A stretch of 62,968 nucleotides of DNA, the filler included, from Octopus bimaculoides (taxonomy: Eukaryota), in NCBI RefSeq assembly GCF_001194135.2. It is 6 parts of 6 records of this genome, joined end to end, with 100 filler letters (N's around TTAATTAATTAA, not from the genome) between each part and the next. Parts side by side here need not be neighbours in the genome. Positions count along the whole stretch, not along the records: positions 32,103 to 54,265 come from NC_068993.1; positions 54,366 to 59,350 come from NC_068996.1; positions 59,451 to 62,968 come from NC_068981.1; 3 more parts are not named here. The stretch is one strand, 5' to 3'. The position numbers and the translations under genes are program-made. A model generated the notes under the pieces. It did not search any database, had not been told where the DNA came from, and saw only the letters and a list, made by a program, of their open reading frames with translations. Shown here one piece after another: positions 52,792 to 62,968 of the stretch (position 1 is the first letter of the stretch; each line of letters starts with the position of its first letter).

Positions 52792-53620
52792 NNNNNNNNN
52801 NNNNNNNNNNNNNNNNNNNNNNNNNNNNNNNNNNNNNNNNNNNNNNNNNNNNNNNNNNNNNNNNNNNNNNNNNNNNNNNNNNNNNNNNNNNNNNNNNNNN
52901 NNNNNNNNNNNNNNNNNNNNNNNNNNNNNNNNNNNNNNNNNNNNNNNNNNNNNNNNNNNNNNNNNNNNNNNNNNNNNNNNNNNNNNNNNNNNNNNNNNNN
53001 NNNNNNNNNNNNNNNNNNNNNNNNNNNNNNNNNNNNNNNNNNNNNNNNNNNNNNNNNNNNNNNNNNNNNNNNNNNNNNNNNNNNNNNNNNNNNNNNNNNN
53101 NNNNNNNNNNNNNNNNNNNNNNNNNNNNNNNNNNNNNNNNNNNNNNNNNNNNNNNNNNNNNNNNNNNNNNNNNNNNNNNNNNNNNNNNNNNNNNNNNNNN
53201 NNNNNNNNNNNNNNNNNNNNNNNNNNNNNNNNNNNNNNNNNNNNNNNNNNNNNNNNNNNNNNNNNNNNNNNNNNNNNNNNNNNNNNNNNNNNNNNNNNNN
53301 NNNNNNNNNNNNNNNNNNNNNNNNNNNNNNNNNNNNNNNNNNNNNNNNNNNNNNNNNNNNNNNNNNNNNNNNNNNNNNNNNNNNNNNNNNNNNNNNNNNN
53401 NNNNNNNNNNNNNNNNNNNNNNNNNNNNNNNNNNNNNNNNNNNNNNNNNNNNNNNNNNNNNNNNNNNNNNNNNNNNNNNNNNNNNNNNNNNNNNNNNNNN
53501 NNNNNNNNNNNNNNNNNNNNNNNNNNNNNNNNNNNNNNNNNNNNNNNNNNNNNNNNNNNNNNNNNNNNNNNNNNNNNNNNNNNNNNNNNNNNNNNNNNNN
53601 NNNNNNNNNNNNNNATATAC

Positions 53621-53677
<57 letters not shown>

Positions 53678-53835
53678 TCCATGTATGTGTGTATGAATGT
53701 ATACATATGCGTATGGGTGTGCACGTATATATGTATTTATATATACATAAATTCACGCACACGTACATATGGATGTATATATATGCATACAAACACACGC
53801 ACGGACAGGCACACACAAACACCCTCACACACTCT

Positions 53836-53869
<34 letters not shown>

Positions 53870-53872
53870 CAC

Positions 53873-53908
<36 letters not shown>

Positions 53909-54227
53909 AAATATATAATGGTTTTGAATAACAAGTAATACCAGTAGTTATCGCTATAAAATATAGGTCTTAAGATATTGCAACTTCCGAGAATTGATAT
54001 TTACTTTGAAATTAATACATAGCCACACAAACAAAAACACAAATAGACACACACAGACACACATTGACACACGCAACGTATCTGTATATGTATACACATA
54101 CACATATATCCATTAAACTTTTTCTCTTAACACCTTATATATATATGTATGTATGTATGTATGCATATATATACACATATATATATATATGTGTAATGAA
54201 TAATTATATATACATATATACTTTGCA

Positions 54228-54265
<38 letters not shown>

Positions 54266-54365
54266 NNNNNNNNNNNNNNNNNNNNNNNNNNNNNNNNNNN
54301 NNNNNNNNNTTAATTAATTAANNNNNNNNNNNNNNNNNNNNNNNNNNNNNNNNNNNNNNNNNNNN

Positions 54366-54410
<45 letters not shown>

Positions 54411-54948
54411 CCCGGACTCCCGCCTTCACCGTGAACAAGATTTAATTTTCTCTCTTCGCTCCCTTACACCAAATGGGCTCAACACCTCTCTTCATCTGAC
54501 ACCAACCTTACCTCCTCTCTTCATTCGACACCATTCTAACACACACTAGCATTGACCATTTTTCAGCACCTACATGGCACACCACCATCCATTCACTCAC
54601 ACACTATCATCTACACACACACAGTTACACACACACACACACGTTATACACACTCACATATATCAATCTCATATACATACACACATGCACGCTCACCTTC
54701 TCTTTTGGGGATTACTAGAACTATTTTTATCTCTCTTTCTTTCTATCTCTATTTTTCCAATCATTGCCATGCTGGACCTTTGACACGTATTTTCATTTTC
54801 TCTCTGATTTTTTTTCTGCTTATTCTTCTCTGCTGAAGGGCGTGGACCTGAAACATAAAATACTTTTTCATCTTTCCCGAGTGTCAAACAAATGCACTTG
54901 TTGTTCATACACTTGTCTTCGTCTTTGTTTTTCTATAAATTTCAATTA
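54411..54948 (+). mobile_element. 3' end of a Penelope-like element (GIY-YIG C-terminus, pseudo-LTR, degenerate hammerhead at 54830-54857)
   Basis: Starts right after (TA)n with PDSRLHREQDLIFSLRSLTPNGLN (54412-54483; xREQxxIFxLxxLxPxGLN pattern). Contains CTGCTGA|AGG-gcgtgga-CCT|GAAAC. Homologous to 59760-60078. Confidence 0.78.
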
Positions 54949-55164
54949 CACGCACACATACATACATACATTCAAATAGAGGTTAAAATAGCCGCATAAA
55001 GGGATAGTAATATCCAATAAATTACAGGTTCATTGCCTAATATTTTTTTGTGAATAATAATATTCATAAAATAATAGGTCTATATATAAATCTTGGTTTA
55101 ATAAACATTCAAAAGAAAATTAAGGAAGTGGAGCTATATCATAAATATAATTTATTATCTGCAA

Positions 55165-55348
55165 AAATCCAACATATTCTTTTACAGTTTTGTTTGGAAG
55201 GAGATCCTGTGGCTGTTGAATGTTCACTTGCTGAGACTTCTGAAAGTCCGTGGGTGGATTTGATGCAGTAGTCGATGTCTCTTCGCAAGTTTCGGATTGT
55301 GAGAGAGTGTTCCCGGGGTACTGAAAGTTATTGACAACTTCCAGAGGC
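55165..55348 (-). mobile_element. RTE-clade LINE RT fragment
   Basis: The minus strand reads LEVVNNFQYPGNTLSQ (compare LEVVxxFxYLGSxIS), then DIDYCIK and ..LLPNKTVKEY across frameshifts. Confidence 0.55.
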
Positions 55349-56680
55349 ATGTCCCGAGGTAAGAAGAATTGCTAACAATCTTAAAGTTAGTGATAAGATA
55401 GAATTCCTACCCCCACGTCAACCCTTTATTACCCTGAAGGACCACGAAGCAAATTTAAATAGAAGCCCTAAATGTAGACTAATTAAGCCAGCTAAAACTG
55501 AAATATTATTTTAGATCGTATTTTAATAGTGAATTAAATTTACGGATTTGCAGAAATAGTAAGTTAGTAATAGATTGGTTCAAAGAAATTAGTCATAAGC
55601 ACAACTGCAAATTTACGCAGTTCGATATTGTGGATTTTTACCCGTCAATGTCTAGGCCTTTGCTTCTAAAAGCATTAGACTTCGCCAAGCAGTATGCCAC
55701 CATCGATAGCTCGGAATTAGATATCCTTTTTTATGATGATTCCACCTGGGTCAAAAAGAATGAGGATTCTTTTTTCGATATACCGATGGGGTCATATGAT
55801 GGGGCGGAGTTGTGTATGCTTATAGGAACTTATATTTTACATAACCTGCATCCAGAATTCCCTTTTATAGATGCAGGATTATACAGGGATGACGGTTTTA
55901 TAGTTACCTAGAATTTAAAAGGCCATGAATCAGATAAACTTAGGAAGACTCTTATTACTTTCTTCCAAAGAATGGGCTTACGAATTACAATAGAAAGTAA
56001 CCTTAATAACGTAGACTTTTTAGATATTGACTTAGATTTGAAATTAAATAAATTTAAACGCTATCGCAAACCCAATGAAAAGCTATGTTATATTAGCAGA
56101 GTCAAATCATCCACTCGTAATTCTTAAGAACCCAATTAGTAATATAGGAAGGCGCATATCATCCATATTTTCAGATGAGACAGCATTTCAAAATGTGCGC
56201 CGTATTATAATTATGCATTAAGGAAAAGTGGATTCTCGGAGAAGATCCAGTATAGTCAAACTAATTCTAACTATAATAGACCGCGTAGAACTAGAACTAG
56301 GAAAGTTATTTGGTTTAATCTGGCATTTAATATTACCGTAAGAACTAATATGAGTAGGGAAGTCTTTAAATTGGTTTTTAAACATTTTCAATGTAACCAT
56401 AAACCCTATAGAATTTTTAATAGGAGAACATTGAAGATTAACTATTCATGTTGCAAAAACTTCGCCTCCTTTATTAATCAACATAGCACAAAAATTATTA
56501 CAAACAACCACATTGCCGAATCTAATCTGAGGAACTGCAATTTTAAAGATAGGACTTGCTGTCCGCTAGAGGGTAAATGTCTTGAAAAAGGAATTGCTAA
56601 TAGAGCCAAAGTGCATATAGATGGCTCTCAAGAATATAAAACTTACACTGGGGGTTCGGAAAATTCACAATTAACGTGAA
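55345..56680 (+). mobile_element. Naiad-like Penelope retroelement, degraded RT and truncated GIY-YIG
   Basis: FITLKDHE..PKCRLIKPAKTEI; FDIVDFYPS (RT motif A); PMGSYDGAELC (motif B'); GLYRDDG (motif C); VDFLDI; SNHP; HKPYRIFNRRTLKINYSC; NCNFKDRTCCPLEGKCL linker; ..KTYTG. In-frame TAG at 55909-55911 and several frameshifts. Confidence 0.9.
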
Positions 56681-56863
56681 GTCTTTTTTTAGTATTTTTT
56701 CATTCGCTCGATTAAAACCTGTGTCTTTTTGGAGTTTTTCGGTAGTTTTTTAGTGCCTCAGCATTAATTTCAAGCATGTAGAAGACAGGCAGTTCGCCAT
56801 ACTCCCTTAATATAATTATATACATATATATATCATTATTAATTTTATATATATATATATATA

Positions 56864-57272
56864 GGCGCAGGAGTGGCTGTGTGGTAAGTAGCTTGCTTAC
56901 CAACCACATGGCTCTGAGTTCAGTCCCTCTGCGTAGCATCTTGGGCAAGTGCCTTCTACTATAGCCTCGGGCCAACCAAAGCCTTGTGAGTGGATTTGGT
57001 AGATGGAAACTGAAAGAAGCCCGTTGTATATATGTATATATATGTGTATGTTTCTATATGTTTGCGTGTCTGTGTTTGTCCCTCCAACTTCGCTTGACAA
57101 CCGAGGCTGGTGTGTTTATGTCCCCGTAACTTAGCGGTTCGGCAAAAAGAGACCGATAGAATAAGTACTAGGCTTACAAAGAATAAGTCCCGGGATCGAT
57201 TTGATCGACTAAAAGGCGGTGCCCCAGCATGGCCGCAGTCAAATGACTGAACCAAGTAAAAGAGTAAAAGAG
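56864..57272 (+). mobile_element. Full-length, low-divergence SINE family 1
   Basis: GGCGCAGGAGTGGCTGTGTGGTAAGTAGCTTGC..ATGACTGAACCAAGTAAAAGAGTAAAAGAG, inserted next to (TA)n. Confidence 0.95.
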
Positions 57273-57276
57273 ATAT

Positions 57277-57939
57277 AAAATACTGTGTACATTTAAACAC
57301 ATCAGAGTTGTCCATAATAGGACATCTAACCCGCTACATAGAGACATGACTTGTGCTTATTTGCTATATTTTTTTAAAATCTCCCGCGGATGCGCGGTTT
57401 TTGTTATTGACAGCAAATACAAGAAAAAAAAAATGCCGATTTACTTCCAGAAATTAGCCAAAAAACATTTCATCATTATTAATAAATCTGAGGGTAGCAA
57501 AAAACTTTTTGAAATTACATCTGCTACCAGTGGTCTAGCGAGAAGAAAAAATTAGCCAATAGACTATATATTATTCATTTAAAATACAGTGTACATTTAA
57601 ACACATCAGAGATGTCCAAAATTGGACATCTAACCCGCTAGAAGGAGCAGTCAAAACTCCACACCACAATTAGGGATAATTTCGAAAGGGAATGAAAAAT
57701 AAAAACCTTTACCATCTATTTTCTTAACCAATAGTTTCAAGCTATATTTAGCAAAATAAAATAAAATAAAATAATTTGCAAGGCCAGTTATCATCAGCTG
57801 AAAAGCCAAGATTAACATATAAACACGAGGCACTACATAGAGACATGACTTGTGCTTATAAGCTATAATTTTTCAAAATCTCCTGCACATATGCGCTTTT
57901 TCTTATCGCAGCAAATACAAAAATATTGCCGATTTACTA
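57277..57939 (+). repeat. Local ~170-bp direct duplication; second copy split by a ~190-bp insertion
   Basis: Copy 1 is 57277-57445. Copy 2 is 57581-57640 plus 57836-57939, with the insert at 57641-57835 bounded by CTA..CTA. Confidence 0.88.
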
Positions 57940-57964
57940 CCACACACACACACACACTCAATTA

Positions 57965-58225
57965 CACGTGTGGATTTGGTAGACAGAAACTGAAAGAAGT
58001 CCATCGTATATATAGATATGTATTTTTGTGTCTGTGTCTGTCTCTCTACCATCGCTTGATACCGATGTTGGCGTGTTTACGTCCCCGTAACTGAGCGATT
58101 CAGCAAAAGACACCGATAGTATAAGTACTAGGCTTACGAAGAATAAGTCCTAAGTTGATTTGTTCGACTAAAGGCGGTGCTCCAGCATGACCGGAGTCAA
58201 ATGACTGAAACAAGTAAAAAAGACC
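57965..58225 (+). mobile_element. SINE family 1, 5'-truncated
   Basis: GTGGATTTGGTAGACAGAAACTGAAAGAAG..AAGGCGGTGCTCCAGCATGACC..ATGACTGAAACAAGTAAAA. Confidence 0.92.
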
Positions 58226-58226
58226 A

Positions 58227-58261
<35 letters not shown>

Positions 58262-58972
58262 NNNNNNNNNNNNNNNNNNNNNNNNNNNNNNNNNNNNNNN
58301 NNNNNNNNNNNNNNNNNNNNNNNNNNNNNNNNNNNNNNNNNNNNNNNNNNNNNNNNNNNNNNNNNNNNNNNNNNNNNNNNNNNNNNNNNNNNNNNNNNNN
58401 NNNNNNNNNNNNNNNNNNNNNNNNNNNNNNNNNNNNNNNNNNNNNNNNNNNNNNNNNNNNNNNNNNNNNNNNNNNNNNNNNNNNNNNNNNNNNNNNNNNN
58501 NNNNNNNNNNNNNNNNNNNNNNNNNNNNNNNNNNNNNNNNNNNNNNNNNNNNNNNNNNNNNNNNNNNNNNNNNNNNNNNNNNNNNNNNNNNNNNNNNNNN
58601 NNNNNNNNNNNNNNNNNNNNNNNNNNNNNNNNNNNNNNNNNNNNNNNNNNNNNNNNNNNNNNNNNNNNNNNNNNNNNNNNNNNNNNNNNNNNNNNNNNNN
58701 NNNNNNNNNNNNNNNNNNNNNNNNNNNNNNNATATATATATATATATATATATATATATACGTACACATGCATATAGATAAACGTAGGAATATAGAATAA
58801 TGTTGTGAACGTAGAAGGAACAAATAAAAGCAGAAAATTACAAATAATATTCATATTTGTACGATATATGCAAACTGTACACAGCAAAACAAATACTCTC
58901 TCCCTAACAAACTGTATACATACAAATATACATACGTACATATATACATACAAACATGCATGCATACATACA

Positions 58973-59004
<32 letters not shown>

Positions 59005-59311
59005 AATATCCATACATATATATGTATACATGCACACACACATTTATTATATGTATAATTTATATATATACGTACGTATATGCAAATATGTATAAGACTG
59101 TGTACATAAATTCATATTGCGTACACAAATATATGTATGGACACATACTCAAACACAGACACGGACGCGCACACATATACACATTATATAGATATGTAAA
59201 ATATGTATGTATATAGTATATATCTGCATATACGTAGATGTGCTTAAGCCTGTGGAATATACATACAAACGTATGCATGTATGTATGTATATATGTATGT
59301 ATATATATATG

Positions 59312-59350
<39 letters not shown>

Positions 59351-59450
59351 NNNNNNNNNNNNNNNNNNNNNNNNNNNNNNNNNNNNNNNNNNNNTTAATT
59401 AATTAANNNNNNNNNNNNNNNNNNNNNNNNNNNNNNNNNNNNNNNNNNNN

Positions 59451-60078
59451 TACACAATCCAACCCCACCTTCCCTATCCATCCCCTCTCACCACATCCCT
59501 TACACCCACTCCCACATAACCCATCTCTACTCCACCCTCAGCCTAATCCACACCCCACCCTTGCTTTCCCCACTCTCGCCTCCCCCACATCCGAACACTA
59601 CCACTCCACACCACACACCACCACACCATACGCCAACATACCACACAACACCACATCACATCACACCACCACGCACACTCTAGCACTAACCACTTCCCAG
59701 CTCCACACCATCATCCTCACATCTACACATGCACACATGCACACGTCAAGGTCACCAGCCCTCTTCCACACGCACATACATGCTCTCTTATACACACGCA
59801 CGCTCACCTTCGTTTTGGGATCACCACTACTTTATTATCTCCTCTTCTTCCTAGCTCTCCTGTGTGACTCCTCTGTCCGGCATTCGCCATGATAGATCGC
59901 TAGCCACTACACGTTCTTTATTTTCTCTCCTTGTTTCTTTCTGTGTTCCTTCCTGTGGAAGAGCATATGCTTGAAACGTTAAAGACTTTTTCGCTTCCAG
60001 AGCGTTAAATTAATACATCTGTTTGTTGTCTACACCACCTGTCTTCGTCTTTTGTTTTTTTTTTGTGTGAATTCTCCC
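59451..60078 (+). mobile_element. PLE 3' pseudo-LTR with degenerate hammerhead (59953-59981)
   Basis: CA/CC-rich leader, blocks shared with the 54411 copy (ACGCTCACCTTC, GCCATG, CTGTCTTCGTCTTT), and CTGTGGA|A|GAGC-atat-GCTT|GAAAC|GTTA. Ends at (TA)n. Confidence 0.72.
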
Positions 60079-60295
60079 TATATATATGCGCGCATATATG
60101 TATTTATATCAATGTTTGTTTTTATGTTTAGTTATAATAAAAGCAATTTTACATTAATCTCAAGGGTTACTTCAGATTTGTGTTGAGTACAAATGTATTA
60201 TTCTTTAACAAAAAATAGTACTGACAGTGACTTCGAAATATCTAAAAGCTAATCCATCATCGGACTGTGATGCATGTAATGCATGAAGTTAATCC

Positions 60296-60351
<56 letters not shown>

Positions 60352-60389
60352 CACACACACACACACTTACATATATTGTTTCAATTCTA

Positions 60390-61560
60390 CATTTGTATAC
60401 AATACATAAAGCATAAGCAATTCTATCAGCTATGTATTTTAATTCGCAATAGCTCTCATGTAGACAATATTCCTTCTCCTATGATTAGTATTCTGAAACT
60501 GTCTGCTTGGGCCAACATGTGGGCATGGAGCATAGTACTGATCTGGTTGACACATAATCGTTTCAGTACAAATCCAACAAACCTGAAGTACTGTGCCAGA
60601 GACGTGCTGTCTTTCATAGGACAACACTTTGTCCGTGGAAACTGCGGGCATCTGAACCGAAATGACATATCTAATGGCATGAGGAGAATACGTGGTATGA
60701 AAACACCTTTCCATTTACTATCAGTCATAATAGCAGCTTTGAATGCGTGGAGCATAAAAGTTTCGACAATTAGACCTGTTCTGTTACAGAGTTTTGGTGC
60801 AGCACAATGGGTGTTCCTATTTTCACTTGTCGATTGTGAGGATGGACAGCAATGGACAAGAGACCTGGAAAAAATATGTTGGAGGATTATCAGCACCGCT
60901 AACTACAACTACAGTGTGAAGTAATTTATAACATTTTGATTGAACTGGTGCCTGTTGACCAATGGAATTGGAATGCTGAGATATCTGTATTAACACGCAT
61001 ATCGGTAGAAAAAGATGAAGTTTTCAATTTCGTCTCCAAGTATAGGATTCTTTGAGGCATTCTTTCAATTCATCAAGTTGACTAGCAAAGTGTAATTGAT
61101 GGAGTTAGTATTACTCTTAAGATATTGTAAAGTATGATCAAGTGCTTCAAATGTAAATCTACAAGATATTGGGTGTTCGCCTCATTCTTTCAGTCTCGCC
61201 TGCCTTAGATGTTTTACAAAAATAACATGATATGCGGGATGGAGAGGTTTTTTAAAATCCCTGCAGCATATGAGCAAATTTCAGAATGCTAGCTGAGGAC
61301 ACTACATTAGCAATGTAGGTGAACGAATTTTTCCAAAATTAGTTTGATTAAAAAGCATTTTGCCTGTTTCCCCAGAAACATGAAAAAATATATATAAATA
61401 TATATCGCGCCTTATTCAGATGTCACCAATTGTTCCATTCTTGTATATGTTTCATTTTAAAATCTGAAAACAAGAGCAGTTCGTTTTGATGGGACATACT
61501 GTTGTTTTTGAATGGCATAGCTAGTTGCTAGAACAATTTTTTGATAGATAACAGCAGAAG
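60390..61560 (-). mobile_element. Decayed Helitron RepHel, Pif1-like helicase region
   Basis: In order on the minus strand: LATSY, Walker-A-like GETGK../FLIKLIL (61345-61375), FEALDHTLQ (about 61125), HPHNRQVKIGTPIVL, PKLCNRTGLIV, VFIPRILLMPLDMSFRF..QFP, NIVY at the C-terminus. Many frameshifts and stops. Confidence 0.88.
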
Positions 61561-62139
61561 CAGTTCGTATTGGGTCTAATGGTTTACATTGTTGAAGATG
61601 ACGTGACTGCACAATATTTACAAGGAGGATCAATGCTGCGAGGTGAACTCTTGAGGTGGTTTTTGTTTTCATTTTCGTTATACATTATACAGTATGTCTT
61701 CTGTCATACTGTCCTGATGATTATGCCAAAGTTACTAAAAATGGAATGGTAGACAGACATAGAAAATGATAACCGAAAGGTTCCTCACCTTGCTTTTCGA
61801 ATGCGAAGTTGCTGTCTTGACCAATGTACTGTTCTAGTTTGCTTCAACTTCTTAGAGATATATTTTCGGGAAAGCTTTGCTGTATCTTTCATAGATATGT
61901 AAACCAACTATTTATAGTTCTGAAATCAGGTTGGATCATAGATACTGTACAGGGTCTCCATAAAGTTTAATTAAGTTATTAGAATTCTTCAGTTAAAATT
62001 GTATCTTTCAAAAGTTAATGTTATGCTTCAAATATAATACAAGATGTAAATAATTTATTGTTTTACAGTTTCACATTAAATTTGTGTATACTGTTATCAA
62101 ATCACGTTTACTTAAAATCTTCGACCAGAATCTTCGATA

Positions 62140-62280
62140 GGCGCAGACATGTAGTGGTAGTTTAGAAGCTCGCTAAACAACCATGTAGTTTGGGGTTCAG
62201 TGCCACTGCGTTGTACGCCGGGCAAGTGACTTCTACTGTAGCCTCTGGCCGACCAAAGCCTTGTGAATTTGTTGCCTGAA
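62140..62280 (+). mobile_element. SINE family 1 head
   Basis: GATAGGCGCAGACATG..GGGTTCAGTGCCACTGCG..GGCAAGTGACTTCTACTGTAGCC..GACCAAAGCCTTGTG. Confidence 0.85.
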
Positions 62281-62389
62281 AGTATATATACATATATATA
62301 GGAAGTAGAAACCTGTTAATATTCAAATATTGCCTTTTGCCATATTAAAATGAATTTTTTAATCGATATATATATATATATATATATGA

Positions 62390-62424
<35 letters not shown>

Positions 62425-62573
62425 ATGGTATCGCCGGAATTCGAACTCGAACTCACTGGAGAAAATAAGAGAAAAATTATTCCAGCCTATGTTATAGCGA
62501 CTCTGCCAATTCACCCACTTTCTAATTTTATGTCAGAATCAACAATGGCATATTTTCTCTTCCCTTCTTTCAG

Positions 62574-62968
62574 TGACGCTGCTGTATGACGATTTGAAAA
62601 GGAAATGTCGTTATGTGCAACGACATATCCGCCGATATGAGCGTCGAAAGGAGAGTAAAAGGACTCGGGGACAGTTTCTGAAGGACCCGTACGGGTTTAC
62701 TAAGAAGTTGTTCACTGAACCGAAGAGCGGTTCTTTATCGTGCACGAAAGAAGAACTGGATGCTCATGTCAAAGAAACATACAGCGATCCGCACCGTAAC
62801 CAGCCACTGCCACCTTTACATGGGCTAAATCATCTCTCAGAACCTGATATCAAATTCCAAATTGGGGACATCATGGAGAGAGAGGTGAATGATTTCGTAA
62901 GAAAAGCGAGAGCAAAGAGTGCCCCAGGAAGTGATGGCGTCTCATATAAAGTCTATAAATATTGCAAT
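62574..62968 (+). CDS. Stop-free ORF fragment of an RLE-type non-LTR retrotransposon (HERO-like, region N-terminal to the RT); runs off the window edge
   Basis: 131 uninterrupted codons from 62576: TLLYDDLKRKCRYVQRHIRRYERRKESKRTRGQFLKDPYGFTKKLFTEPKSGSLSCTKEELDAHVKETYSDPHRNQPL..EVNDFVRKARAKSAPGSDGVSYKVYKYCN. The F..DP.GF.K, TYSD and KAR..SAPG.DG..Y.VYK motifs are present. Missing from the ORF track because it has no stop in the window. Confidence 0.85.

Noticed and set aside
55345-56680. Selenocysteine recoding in the Naiad-like copy
   Set aside because: The Cys positions read TGT/TGC and the visible in-frame stop is TAG. No SECIS recognised.

Overview
AT-rich, gap-riddled metazoan DNA that is almost entirely non-coding. 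The extreme microsatellite density and the SINE families (recognised from memory, not by search) point to an octopus or other coleoid cephalopod. No host gene can be identified with confidence, and nearly all ORF-track entries are microsatellite or N-gap artefacts. Five identical 100-bp joins (44 N + TTAATTAATTAA + 44 N) are artificial scaffold spacers, so adjacency across them is uncertain. The supportable content is a layered set of transposable elements: an internally deleted mariner with both TIRs; several Penelope-like element (PLE) relics (two Naiad-like RT/GIY-YIG pieces, one other GIY-YIG 3' half, and 3' ends carrying minimal hammerhead-ribozyme-like cores); a decayed Helitron helicase; RTE-clade LINE pieces; hAT-like and piggyBac-like MITEs; many tRNA-derived SINEs, two pairs of them in close inverted orientation; and a stop-free HERO-like non-LTR ORF that runs off the right edge and begins exactly at a canonical 3' splice site. 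The best unexplained signals are four hammerhead-like cores with two alternative stem-II sequences, a 16 x 15-bp array whose minus strand reads as a pentapeptide-repeat protein, a frameshifted Ig-domain-like segment, and the splice-site-bounded HERO ORF.
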